A stretch of DNA of 64,000 nt from Archangium sp. (lineage in GTDB: Bacteria; Myxococcota; Myxococcia; Myxococcales; Myxococcaceae): positions 3,873-67,872 of the forward strand of contig NZ_DASUNC010000017.1 of the NCBI RefSeq assembly GCF_036277355.1, given 5' to 3'. A model generated the notes under the pieces. That model was not told the origin of the DNA and searched no databases. It saw only the letters and a program-made list of their open reading frames with translations. How positions within the stretch are numbered: the first letter of the stretch is position 1; every line of letters starts with the position of its first letter. Positions 18,459 to 28,144 of the stretch are shown one piece after another. Both the position numbers and the translations under genes were made by a program.

Positions 18459-19643
18459 ATGTGGACTTCTTCTCTCGTACTCGGATTGCTGCTGACCGCT
18501 TCGGCCAGCTCCCCTTTTGCCCCGGCCACCGTCTCGGGCTCCGCGACCATTCCCCTCGAGGAGCTGCTCCCGTTGTACGCGAAGCGCCCGGAGCAGGCCC
18601 CGCCCGCCCCGCCCACGGATGCGCTGGTGGTGAAGAGCCAGCTCGAGGGACGCCTCACCGCGGACGCCCTGCTGGTGGACGCGCACTTCGAGGTGGAGGT
18701 GCTCGCCAGCGAGCGCTGGACCCAGGTGCGGCTGCTGCGGCTCGACGCGGACACGTACCTGACGGCGCTCCCCACGTTGGACAAGGCCACCGTGGGCGCG
18801 CTGGAGGACCAGCTCACCCTGGTGACGCGCGAGCCCGGCCGCTACAGCTTCGACGTCAGCCTCGTGCTGCGGCCCACGGGCAGCGGCTCCGATCGCCAGG
18901 TGCAGCTGCGCTTCGGCTCCCACGTCACGCCGGTGCCGCTGCGGCTGAAGGCGGATGCCACGGCCTTCACCGTGACCGAGCCCGCCACCTCCTGGGGTGA
19001 GGACTCCGAGGTGTACCCGCGACAGGGGGTGCTGCGGCTCGGCTGGCGCACGGCGGTGGCGCCGAAGGTGGCCCGCCAGGTGGTGCGTCCGCCGCTGGAG
19101 CCGAGCATCCCCGAGGCCCACGCCTCCTGGGTGTCCACGCTGGAGGGCAAGGCCGCGGTGCGCGTGCGTTACGCGCTGCGGTTGGATCGCGAGCAGGAAC
19201 TGGAGCTGGAGCTGCCCGAGGGCCACCGGCTCGAGCGGGTGCTGCTCGACTCGGTGCCGCTGGTGCCCGCCGAGAAGGACGGCAAGCTGAAGCTGAAGGT
19301 GGCTCCGGCGCGGTTCGGGGAGACGGAGGCCTCGCTGGAGGTGGTGCTGGCGAGGGACCTGGGCGTCTTCCACCTGTCCGGCCGGCTGAAGCTGGCGCTG
19401 CCCCGGGTGTCCTGGCCGGTGGCCACGGTGCGGGCCCGGGCGCACTTCCCGGCCGTCTTCAACTACCGGCGCGACGGCGGCAGCATGGAGCAGTACGAGG
19501 AGACGGAGGCGAGCAACGGACTGGAGACGCAGACGCCGCTGCCCGGCAAGGTGCTCCACTTCCGCCAGTACCTCGTGGCGGCCTCCGCGCCCACGCTGGA
19601 GCTGGGCTACTCGGTGGACATCTCCCAGAGCTACTTCCGGTGA
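18459..19643 (+). CDS. Secreted hypothetical protein
   Basis: Signal peptide MWTSSLVLGLLLTASASSPFAPA. Starts 4 nt after the CreD-like stop (coupled). No known domain recognised. Confidence 0.6.
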   Translation: MWTSSLVLGLLLTASASSPFAPATVSGSATIPLEELLPLYAKRPEQAPPAPPTDALVVKSQLEGRLTADALLVDAHFEVEVLASERWTQVRLLRLDADTYLTALPTLDKATVGALEDQLTLVTREPGRYSFDVSLVLRPTGSGSDRQVQLRFGSHVTPVPLRLKADATAFTVTEPATSWGEDSEVYPRQGVLRLGWRTAVAPKVARQVVRPPLEPSIPEAHASWVSTLEGKAAVRVRYALRLDREQELELELPEGHRLERVLLDSVPLVPAEKDGKLKLKVAPARFGETEASLEVVLARDLGVFHLSGRLKLALPRVSWPVATVRARAHFPAVFNYRRDGGSMEQYEETEASNGLETQTPLPGKVLHFRQYLVAASAPTLELGYSVDISQSYFR

Positions 19644-19652
19644 GGTGCTGAC

Positions 19653-21032
19653 TCAGCGCCGTGAGAAGCGCACGAGGAGGCCATCGCGCGGGAGCGGGAT
19701 GGGGAAGGGAATGGGGCTCAGATCCTGGCCGGGGACGAGCTCCCACTGGTAGCCGCGCACCAGCAGGGCGGCGACCACGGCCATCTCCACCATGGCGAAG
19801 TGCTGCCCGACGCACACCCGCGGGCCACCGCCGAAGGGAATGTAGGTCCCCGGTGGCTTCTGCTCGTTGCGCTCGGGGCCCATGCGATCCGGATCGAACC
19901 GCTCGGGGGAGGTCCACGTGGCGCCGTGGTGCGTGCCGCGGATGCCCAGCGAGACCTGCCACCCCTTGGGGATGCGATAGCCACCGTAGGCCACGTCCTG
20001 CGTCGTCACCCGGAAGGCGCCCGCGACGGGCGGGATGAGGCGCATCACCTCCTGGATGACCTGGTGCAGGTAGGGCATGGCCCGGAGCGACTCCAGCGTC
20101 AGCGGCCCCTTCTCCGCCACCTGCTGCTGCTCCTGGCGGCACCGCTCCAGTACCTCCGGGTGCCGGCCCAGCAGCATCATCAGGTTGGAGGTGGCCGTCA
20201 CCGTGGTGTCATGACCGGCGAAGAGCAGGAGCTGGAGCTCGTCGAGCACGGTCTCGCGAGGCAGCGGCCGGCCCTGCTCGTCCCGCGCCGAGAGCAGGGA
20301 GCCGAGGGTGTCGGGGGGCTGCTCGGCCAGCTTCTCGCGCTCGGCCACCAGCGGGGTGAGGTACGCGCGCATCTCCTTCTCGGCGGCGACTCCCCGGCCG
20401 AAGGTGGTGAAGGGGATGTCCAGCGACACGGCGGCGAAGAGCCCCGCCGCCCATCGCTTGAACAAGCGGCTCATGTAGGCCGCGTCCACCCGGCTCTCGC
20501 CCACCAGGAGAACGATGGCCACCTCGAACACGAGCGCGCGCACGGCGTCCACGGCCCTGAAGGGCTGCGGCGCCGAGAGCCACTGCTCGCAGTGCTGGTG
20601 GACGAGCGCCTCGATGCGCGGCACGAAGTGGCGCATGGCGGCGTAGGTGAAGTGGGGAGCGAGCAGGCGGCGGCGCTCCAGGTGGGCGCCGCCGTTGATC
20701 ATGGCGACGGACTGCTGGCCCAGCAGCTTCCGGGCGCTCAGGTGCCAGCGGTTGCGCAGGTACTTGTTCTCCCCGGCGAAGATCCACCGGTTGGCCTCGG
20801 GGCCGAGCATGAAGACGATGGGATCTCCCAGCACATGGGAGCGGAAGACATCCCCGTGGAGGCGGCGGCGCTCCTCGAGGAACTTCCCACCGTCCCGCAC
20901 GAAGGCGAGCGTCTCGCCCAGGAGGGGAAGCCCCGAGCTGCCAGGCGGCAACGGCAGGCGGGAGACATCCACGGAGGAGCCAGGCGAGTTCTCGGGAGAG
21001 GCCAGTGTTTCCATGGTCAGTCCGTATGCCAT
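19653..21032 (-). CDS. Cytochrome P450
   Basis: Heme-binding loop FGGGPRVCVGQHFA, EXXR (ETLR) and an AGHDTT I-helix. An alternative ATG at 21014 is possible. Confidence 0.85.
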   Translation of the reverse strand: MAYGLTMETLASPENSPGSSVDVSRLPLPPGSSGLPLLGETLAFVRDGGKFLEERRRLHGDVFRSHVLGDPIVFMLGPEANRWIFAGENKYLRNRWHLSARKLLGQQSVAMINGGAHLERRRLLAPHFTYAAMRHFVPRIEALVHQHCEQWLSAPQPFRAVDAVRALVFEVAIVLLVGESRVDAAYMSRLFKRWAAGLFAAVSLDIPFTTFGRGVAAEKEMRAYLTPLVAEREKLAEQPPDTLGSLLSARDEQGRPLPRETVLDELQLLLFAGHDTTVTATSNLMMLLGRHPEVLERCRQEQQQVAEKGPLTLESLRAMPYLHQVIQEVMRLIPPVAGAFRVTTQDVAYGGYRIPKGWQVSLGIRGTHHGATWTSPERFDPDRMGPERNEQKPPGTYIPFGGGPRVCVGQHFAMVEMAVVAALLVRGYQWELVPGQDLSPIPFPIPLPRDGLLVRFSRR

Positions 21033-21126
21033 GGGCGCCGCGCTGTGTTAAAGTCCCGACGCTTCTGGAGCCCCGACATCCACCCACACACTCCCATGGG
21101 AGAGGCGGCTCCACAGGGGGGTAGAC

Positions 21127-23418
21127 ATGACCGAGACGTACGATGCCCTGGTCATTGGAACCGGCTTCGGTGGCGCGGTGGCGGCCTGCCGGCTGGCGCA
21201 GGCGGGCCTGTCCGTGCGTGTGCTGGAGCGTGGCCGGCGCTACCCCAAGGGGGGCTTCCCCCGGGACTGGGACAATCCGCTCAACGGCTGGCTGTGGAAG
21301 TACAACCAGGGCCTGCTCGACGTGAAGCTGCTGTCGGGCATGAGCGTGGTGCAGTCGGCCGGCTACGGGGGTGGCTCGCTCATCTACGCCAACGTGCACC
21401 TGCGCCCGCCCGAGGAGACCTTCGCCAACGGCTGGCCCGCGGGCTACGGCCGGGCGATGTTGGATCCGTACTACGACCTGGTCGCGTACATGCTGGACGT
21501 GCAGCCCATCACCACGTCCGCGCGGGGGCTGCCCACCAAGACGAAGCGCATGCGCGAGGTGGCGCGGAAGCTCGGGCGCGAGGCGCAGTTCTTCCACCCG
21601 GATCTGGCCGTGCGCTTCACCCCCGCCGGCGAGGCGCTGCCCAACAAGTTCGGCGTGCCGCAGGAGGGCTGCAACTACTGCGGCGAGTGCGACATCGGCT
21701 GCAACGTCCGGGCGAAGAACACGCTGGATCTCAACTACCTGGCCGTCGCCGAGCAGCGCGGCGCGCAGGTGACCACCCAGGCCGAGGCCATCAACATCGA
21801 GCCGCTCTCGCCGGGCTACCGCGTCACCTACAAGGATCACGCGGCGGACGGAGTGGAGCGCAAGGTGGACGCGCGGCGCGTCTTCCTGTGCGCGGGCGCG
21901 GTGAACACCACGGAGCTGCTGCTGCGCTGCCGGGACGACTCGGGCACGCTGCACGAGCTCAGTGACACGCTCGGCTACCGCTACTCGGCGAACGGGGATC
22001 TGCTCGCCTTCGCCTTCGACACGCGCGAGCCGTGGGATCCGGCGGTGGGCCCCACCATCACCACCAGCATCGTGGTGGACGAGGGCCAGGGTCCGGACAA
22101 GCGGTGGTTCCTCTTCCAGGAGGGCGGTCACCCGGCCCAGGTGGCGGCGGCCCTCCAGGTGCTCAACCCGGCCCAGAGCCTGGCGCGGATCCCCACGGAC
22201 CTGATGCAGCGCGAGCTGGTGAAGGTGTTCCGCCAGCGTGCGAAGGAGATGTCCTCCATCGACGGCGAGCGCGGGCGCTTCCAGTCGGTGTTCCTGGCCA
22301 TGGGCCGGGACAAGGCGAACGGGAAGCTGGCGCTGGTGCCCCTCACGCGCGAGCTGCAGGCGAAGTGGGACGTGCCCTCGAACCTGCCGCTGTACCGCAC
22401 GCAGGAGCAGCTCTGTCAGGACATCGCGAAGGCGCTGGGCGCGCAGGTGGCCTACAACCCGCTGTGGGAGCGGCTCCACGTGCCGGTGTCCGTGCACAAC
22501 CTCGGCGGCTGCGTCATGGCCGAGGACGAGGCCTACGGCGTCACCGACCCCAACGGGGAGGTGCACGGCTACCCCGGGCTGTACGTGCTGGACGGCGCCG
22601 CCCTGCCCTCCAGCACCGGCGTCAACCCCGCGTCCACCATCGCCGCCGTGGCCGAGCGCAACGTGGAGAAGGCCATCCGCGGCATCCTCGGCCACCCGGA
22701 CTGGAAGGCGCCGGAGCGGGCCCTGGCGACGCCCCGCGAGGACCTGGTGGGCAAGGTGACCATCCCCGTGGGCGGCACGGTGGCCTCGACCCAGCCGGTG
22801 GTGGGCATGCGCTTCACCGAGCGGATGACGGGCTTCCACTCGCCGGGCCACACGCCCGCCGAGGACTACGCGGGCGCGGAGAAGGCGGGACAGAACGCGA
22901 ACCGCGTGGCGGAGTTCACCGTCACCATCACCCTGGCCAACCTGGATCGCTTCCTGGCCGAGCCGGCCCACGGCGGCATCGCCCAGGGCGTGGTCCACGT
23001 CGCCGGCCTCACCCCGCCCGAGGGCGCCCGGGTGGAGAACGGCGTCTTCAACCTCTTCGTGGACACCGACAGCTTCTACGAGCGGCGGATGATCTACCTG
23101 CTGCCCTTCATCGGCCAGGACGGCCAGCCCTACCTGCTCGACGGGTACAAGGAAGTGAAGGACCAGGGCGACTTCGACGTGTGGGGGGCGACCGCTACGC
23201 TCTACACGGTGATCCGCCAGGGCAAGGACAAGAACGGGCCGGTGGTGTCCAGCGGCATCATCCGTCTGAACAAGAAGGACTTCGCCGAGCAACTCACCAC
23301 CTTCGAGGTGCTCGGCACCACTTCGACGCAGGCGAAGGCGGACGCGTACTGGCGCTTCGGCTCGATGTTCCTGGGCACGCTGTGGGACGTGTTCGTCCGC
23401 CCGCGACTGGAAAAATAG
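21127..23418 (+). CDS. GMC-family FAD oxidoreductase (cholesterol-oxidase-like) with ~240-aa C-terminal extension
   Basis: N-terminal FAD fold YDALVIGTGFGGAVAACRLAQAG; GMC C-terminal signature (GLYVLDGAALPSSTGVNP). Internal CNYCGECDIGC (C-x2-C-x2-C-x3-C). Unassigned C-terminal domain of ~240 aa. Confidence 0.85.
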   Translation: MTETYDALVIGTGFGGAVAACRLAQAGLSVRVLERGRRYPKGGFPRDWDNPLNGWLWKYNQGLLDVKLLSGMSVVQSAGYGGGSLIYANVHLRPPEETFANGWPAGYGRAMLDPYYDLVAYMLDVQPITTSARGLPTKTKRMREVARKLGREAQFFHPDLAVRFTPAGEALPNKFGVPQEGCNYCGECDIGCNVRAKNTLDLNYLAVAEQRGAQVTTQAEAINIEPLSPGYRVTYKDHAADGVERKVDARRVFLCAGAVNTTELLLRCRDDSGTLHELSDTLGYRYSANGDLLAFAFDTREPWDPAVGPTITTSIVVDEGQGPDKRWFLFQEGGHPAQVAAALQVLNPAQSLARIPTDLMQRELVKVFRQRAKEMSSIDGERGRFQSVFLAMGRDKANGKLALVPLTRELQAKWDVPSNLPLYRTQEQLCQDIAKALGAQVAYNPLWERLHVPVSVHNLGGCVMAEDEAYGVTDPNGEVHGYPGLYVLDGAALPSSTGVNPASTIAAVAERNVEKAIRGILGHPDWKAPERALATPREDLVGKVTIPVGGTVASTQPVVGMRFTERMTGFHSPGHTPAEDYAGAEKAGQNANRVAEFTVTITLANLDRFLAEPAHGGIAQGVVHVAGLTPPEGARVENGVFNLFVDTDSFYERRMIYLLPFIGQDGQPYLLDGYKEVKDQGDFDVWGATATLYTVIRQGKDKNGPVVSSGIIRLNKKDFAEQLTTFEVLGTTSTQAKADAYWRFGSMFLGTLWDVFVRPRLEK

Positions 23419-23427
23419 GAGAGACAC

Positions 23428-24984
23428 ATGGCTGCGATGGCGAACCGGTATGACGTGGTGGTGGTGGGCTCCGGCTTTGGAGGCTCCATCTCCGCCTTGA
23501 GGCTGGCGCAGGCCGGCAAGTCGGTGGCGGTGCTCGAGCGCGGCCGGCGCTACACCCCCGGGCAGTTCCCCCGGGACGTGACGCGCACGAACGAGCTGCT
23601 CTGGCGCCACGCCTCCCGCGAGCAGGCCCAGGGTCTGTACGATCTGCGTTTCCTCTCCGGCATCGGCACGGCGGTGGCCAGCGGTGTGGGAGGTGGCTCG
23701 CTCGTCTACGCCAACATCCACGTGCGGCCGGACGCCGTCGTCTTCGAGGATCCGCGCTGGCCCAGGAGCTACACGCGCGCCGCGCTGGAGCCCTACTACG
23801 ACAAGGTGGCCAGCGAGCTGAAGCTGACGCCGATGCCCGAGTCGATCAACCTGCGCAAGCGCAACGTGCTGCGCGCCGCCGCCCAGCGCATGGGCCGGGA
23901 GGTGTTCGATCCGCCCGAGGCCGTGGCGTGGACGGAGTCTCCCGGTCCGGGCCGCAAGCCGTGCCAGCTGTGCGCCGAGTGCGAGTTCGGCTGTCAGTAC
24001 GGCGCCAAGCAGACGATGGATCAGACGTACCTGGCCCGGGCCGAGGCGCTCGGGGCCACGGTGTGGCCGCGCATGCAGGTGTCCCACGTGGAGCCGGCGC
24101 CGGGCGGCGGCTACCGGGTGCACTTCCAGGACCTGGCCACCGGGGAGAAGCGCTTCGTGGAGGGCGCCCGCGTGGTGCTCTCCGCCGGAACGCTGGGCAC
24201 GGTGGAGATCCTCCTGCGCAGCCGCGACCAGACGCGCACCCTGCCCAGGCTCAGCGCGCGGCTGGGCCATGGCTACTCGGGCAACGGTGACTTCCTCGGC
24301 TCGGTGTTCAACAGCCGGGAGGACCTGGAGCCCTGGAAGGGCCCGGACGTCTCCACGGTGATGCGCTTCTTCGACGCCGAGCCCTCCTTCACCATGGCGG
24401 CCCCCACCTTCAACAAGCCCGTCATGGAGGTGCTGACGGGCCTGGGGCAGCCGAACATCGGCGCTCCCTTCCAGGGCCTCGGCGCGCCGCTGTGGCCCCT
24501 GCTGGGTCCGGCGCTCGACCTGGCCTTCCGCAAGGGGCTGCTCAGCAAGCCGGCCCGCACCTCGGCGGACCCGGCGCGGACGACGAACCTCTTCGGCATC
24601 GGACGGGACAACGCCAACGGGCGCATGCTGATGAAGGGCGGCAAGCTGGACATCGAATGGGACTTCGCCGGGGAGAACAAGGCGCTCATCGATCGGATGG
24701 GGAAGGCCATGCAGGAGCTGGCCTCCCAGTACGGCGGCACCTACGCGCCGCTCGTCACCTGGCAGCTCTTCAAGAAGGTGATCACCGTACACTCCCTGGG
24801 CGGGGCGCACCTGTCCGAGTCCCCCGAGCGCGGCGTGGTGTCCACCGAGGGCGAGGTGTTCAACTACCCCGGCCTCTACGTGGCGGACGGCTCGGTGATT
24901 CCCACCTCCATCGGCTTCCACCCGGTGATGACGATCAGCGCGGTGTCCGAGCGCATCGCCGAGGCCGCGGCGCGCGGCTTCTGA
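23428..24984 (+). CDS. GMC-family FAD oxidoreductase (paralog of the upstream gene)
   Basis: YDVVVVGSGFGGSISALRLAQAG; CQLCAECEFGC motif at the equivalent position; GLYVADGSVIPTSIGFHP. 9-nt gap to the upstream paralog. Confidence 0.85.
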   Translation: MAAMANRYDVVVVGSGFGGSISALRLAQAGKSVAVLERGRRYTPGQFPRDVTRTNELLWRHASREQAQGLYDLRFLSGIGTAVASGVGGGSLVYANIHVRPDAVVFEDPRWPRSYTRAALEPYYDKVASELKLTPMPESINLRKRNVLRAAAQRMGREVFDPPEAVAWTESPGPGRKPCQLCAECEFGCQYGAKQTMDQTYLARAEALGATVWPRMQVSHVEPAPGGGYRVHFQDLATGEKRFVEGARVVLSAGTLGTVEILLRSRDQTRTLPRLSARLGHGYSGNGDFLGSVFNSREDLEPWKGPDVSTVMRFFDAEPSFTMAAPTFNKPVMEVLTGLGQPNIGAPFQGLGAPLWPLLGPALDLAFRKGLLSKPARTSADPARTTNLFGIGRDNANGRMLMKGGKLDIEWDFAGENKALIDRMGKAMQELASQYGGTYAPLVTWQLFKKVITVHSLGGAHLSESPERGVVSTEGEVFNYPGLYVADGSVIPTSIGFHPVMTISAVSERIAEAAARGF

Positions 24985-25034
24985 CAACCCGGGCGGCCCG
25001 CGCGGGGCCGCCCCCCGTGAACGAGGAGGACTCC

Positions 25035-26087
25035 ATGAGGCTCATGGACACGCTACCGGCCGCCGAGCGGCACGAGGTGATCGCGGGAGACGGCGTCCCG
25101 CTGCGGCTCACCCGCTACCCGGGCGGCACGAAGGGCCCGGTGTTGCTGGTGCACGGGGCCGGGGTGTGGAGCGGCATGTTCAAGCTGCCCACCATCTCGG
25201 AGAACTTCGTGCAGTACCTGGTGCGCCACGGCTACGACACGTGGCTGCTGGACTGGCGCGCCAGCACGCAGCTGCCGCTGCGTCAGTTCTCCCTGGACGA
25301 GGCCGCCGAGTACGACATGCCCGCCGCCGTGCGCAAGGTGCGCGAGGTGACGAAGGCGGACAGCGTGCAGGCGGTGGTGCACTGCGCCGGCTCGGTGACG
25401 TTCTTCATGTCGCTGGCGGCGGGGTACCTGCCGGACGTGCGCGGCGTGGTGGCCTCGCAGGTGGCGCTGCACCACCGCGTGCCGCGCTCCACGCTGCTCA
25501 AGTCCCGCATGCGGCTGCCGGACATCCTGGACGTGGCCGTCAACTACATGTCCCCGGGCGAGGGCACGCAGAACCCGAGGCTCCAGGCCGCCTTCGGCAA
25601 GATGGTGGACCTGGTGTACCGGGAGTGCGACAGCACGGTGTGCCACCGGCTCTCCTTCCTGTACGGGCGGCTGTACCGGCACGCGCGGCTCAACACGCAG
25701 ACGCACGAGCGGCTGCACGAGCAGTTCGGCCGCTGCAACATGCAGACGTTCCGCCACCTGGCGCAGATGGCCCGGGCGGGACACGCGGTGCGCTACGACT
25801 ACGGCAAGGAGGAGAACCTCCGGCGCTACGGCACCGTGAAGCCGCCCGACTACCTGGACCCCAAGCACCTCGAGCTCCCCATCACCTTCGTGGTGGGCGA
25901 TCACAACCAGACGTACCTGCCCGCCTCCTCGGAGCAGACGTACGAGTGGTTGCGGGAGGCTCACGGCGCCGCGCTCTACGAGCGCAAGGTGCTCCCGGGG
26001 TACGGGCACCTGGACACCTTCATGGGCAGCACCGCCTCGCGCGACACCTACCCGGTGATCCTCCAGGCGCTGGACGCCCGGGCCTGA
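25035..26087 (+). CDS. Alpha/beta-hydrolase fold protein
   Basis: RBS GAGGAGGA. VLLVHGAGVWSGMF then a nucleophile-elbow-like HCAGS; C-terminal His (GYGHLD). Confidence 0.7.
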   Translation: MRLMDTLPAAERHEVIAGDGVPLRLTRYPGGTKGPVLLVHGAGVWSGMFKLPTISENFVQYLVRHGYDTWLLDWRASTQLPLRQFSLDEAAEYDMPAAVRKVREVTKADSVQAVVHCAGSVTFFMSLAAGYLPDVRGVVASQVALHHRVPRSTLLKSRMRLPDILDVAVNYMSPGEGTQNPRLQAAFGKMVDLVYRECDSTVCHRLSFLYGRLYRHARLNTQTHERLHEQFGRCNMQTFRHLAQMARAGHAVRYDYGKEENLRRYGTVKPPDYLDPKHLELPITFVVGDHNQTYLPASSEQTYEWLREAHGAALYERKVLPGYGHLDTFMGSTASRDTYPVILQALDARA

Positions 26088-26100
26088 CTCACCCGGGGAC

Positions 26101-26976
26101 TCAACCGGTGAGGGTGATGCGGCGGCGGCCCAGCACCCCGCCGTCCATCTCCACCACGTCCCCGGCCTTCAGGATGCGCGGGTTGGAGGCGTGGGTGCGC
26201 AGCGCGGCGGACAGCCTCGTGGTGGAACCCGGCAGCAGCGCCGCCAGCTTGCGCTTCCACGCGGGCACCGTGAAGGCCACACCCGAGGGCGTCCCGGTGA
26301 GCACGGCGTCGCCCTTCTCCAGCAGCCCCGAGGGCACCGCGCGCGCCGCCAGCCGCAGCAGCTCGCGCGGCGAGGCGATGAGCTCCATCGTCCGGCCCCG
26401 CTGCCGCACCTCCCCATTCACCGTGAGGGTGAGCGTCACGTCGAGGCACACGTCGGCCCGGGGCGCGTCCGGCACCCACAGGACGGGCCCGGGCACGAGG
26501 AAGCCCGGGAAGCTCTTGGCGGCGCCCCAGAAGGCCATCCGGTCCGGCCGGCCCTCGCCGAGCACCTGCACCGTGCGCGCCGTCACGTCATTGGCGAGGA
26601 AGTAGCCCACCGGCGGCGCGAAGTCCGGGCGCTCCAGCGCGTCCGCGCGCACGTCCTCCAGCAGCACCAGGCCCAGCTCCACCTCGTAGTCCAGCAGGGG
26701 CGGCAGCTCCGGGAAGCGCGAGGCCACCCGCGAGGACAGCGCCGCGTCCAGCTTCGCCACCGCCGCCAGCATCGCGTCGCGCGAGGGGCTCGTCACCGCG
26801 TCCCCCTGCCCCAACAGCGACGCGGCGTCCTTGGCGAAGACGGCCGGGCCGCCCGCGTCGCTGCCCGTCTCGTTGATGTGGGCCGCGTAGGTGAGGCCGA
26901 GCGCGTGCACCCGCTTCGGCGACAGCACCAGCGGCTGCGTACGCCCGGGGGTCCGGTCCGGATCCAACGCGGTCAT
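26101..26976 (-). CDS. Fumarylacetoacetate hydrolase (FAH) family protein
   Basis: FAH-family motifs (DYEVELGLVL, PKSFPGF-type beta-sandwich). ATG at 26976 (MTALDPDRTPG...); the track's 27273 start adds a 99-aa Arg/Gly-rich extension that overlaps the upstream gene. Confidence 0.75.
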   Translation of the reverse strand: MTALDPDRTPGRTQPLVLSPKRVHALGLTYAAHINETGSDAGGPAVFAKDAASLLGQGDAVTSPSRDAMLAAVAKLDAALSSRVASRFPELPPLLDYEVELGLVLLEDVRADALERPDFAPPVGYFLANDVTARTVQVLGEGRPDRMAFWGAAKSFPGFLVPGPVLWVPDAPRADVCLDVTLTLTVNGEVRQRGRTMELIASPRELLRLAARAVPSGLLEKGDAVLTGTPSGVAFTVPAWKRKLAALLPGSTTRLSAALRTHASNPRILKAGDVVEMDGGVLGRRRITLTG

Positions 26977-26996
26977 CGAGGCCGGGACGGCGCGCG

Positions 26997-28070
26997 TCAC
27001 GTGCCCTCCGCCGCCTTGAGGGGCGCCTCCGGGTCCGGCAGCACGGTGTCGTCCCACCCGACGTAGCGCACGCCGGGGATCCGCTCGTGCCCGTGGAACT
27101 CCAGGGCGCCCACGGCGGAGGTGAGCTTCCTCCCGTCCGGCTTCCAGGCCGCGTACGGGTGGGAGCGCGTGAAGAACTCCAGCTCGCAGTTGGCCACGTC
27201 GCTCTGGGCCACGTGCACGTCCCAGCCCTGCGGATCCCTGTACGCGTAGCCCACCAGCGTCCGCGGATCGCACCAGGCGCGCCCCTTCACGGACACGGTG
27301 GCCGAGGTCGCCTGGAAGAGCAGCTCGCCGTGGCGCGGCGTCTCCATCTTCGTGAACAGCAGGCCGGGCACCTCGTGGAAGGCGTGCTTCTCCTTCGAGG
27401 TGCGCAGGTAGATGGGCGTGAGGCGCGGGCCCCGATCACGCCGTTGGCGGACGGTGAGGGCCTCCAGGCGGGCCTCCGGATCCTCGCGGAAGGTCGGGCA
27501 GTACAGCCACGTCAGCTCCTCGATGCGCCGGTGCCCCCACAGGTGCTTCTGCATCCCCGGAGCCCCGCGCACCTCGAACTGCTTGCCATCCACCGTGACG
27601 GTGCCGCTGAAGGTGATCTCGTCGTGCGCGTGGTTGACGTGCGTGACCAGCGGCAGCATCCCCACGCCCCGCGGCGTCCGCCGGACGGCCTCGCCGGACT
27701 CGGGGGTGTAGCGCAGATCCCACGCGATGGAATGCCCGCCCGAGGCGACACGGCCATGGCACTTGCCCGGCGCCAGCTCCGCGTCCCCGATGCGGATGCC
27801 GAAACGGCCCGGCGTCCCTGGATCGAAGGCGGAGATGGGATGGATGGCCTTCACCGCCACCGCGGGCGCGTCGGGCGACGCGCAGTCGAAGGCCGCGGCC
27901 CACAGCGTGGCCCGGGGCTCACCTGGAGCGCCCGGAGCCGGGGTGAAGAGCGTGTACCGCAACCACCAGGCGCGCTCGCCACCCGGGTCGAGCACACACA
28001 GGAACCAGATCTCGAAGAACCCCGCCTGCTTCTTCCAGCGTGGCAGGTTGGCTTGCTCGCTCGTCGGCAT
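26997..28070 (-). CDS. Hypothetical protein (possibly CrtC/AttH lipocalin-like fold; unassigned)
   Basis: 357-aa ORF with a coherent sequence and no low complexity. Positioned between DUF2378 and FAH genes on the same strand (20-nt and 74-nt gaps). Confidence 0.5.
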   Translation of the reverse strand: MPTSEQANLPRWKKQAGFFEIWFLCVLDPGGERAWWLRYTLFTPAPGAPGEPRATLWAAAFDCASPDAPAVAVKAIHPISAFDPGTPGRFGIRIGDAELAPGKCHGRVASGGHSIAWDLRYTPESGEAVRRTPRGVGMLPLVTHVNHAHDEITFSGTVTVDGKQFEVRGAPGMQKHLWGHRRIEELTWLYCPTFREDPEARLEALTVRQRRDRGPRLTPIYLRTSKEKHAFHEVPGLLFTKMETPRHGELLFQATSATVSVKGRAWCDPRTLVGYAYRDPQGWDVHVAQSDVANCELEFFTRSHPYAAWKPDGRKLTSAVGALEFHGHERIPGVRYVGWDDTVLPDPEAPLKAAEGT

Positions 28071-28144
28071 ACCGGCACCCCCCTATAACCTGAACCCTCG
28101 CAGAGGCGGCGTGGCCCGGCAAGAACCGGTCGCGTCACGCGGCG

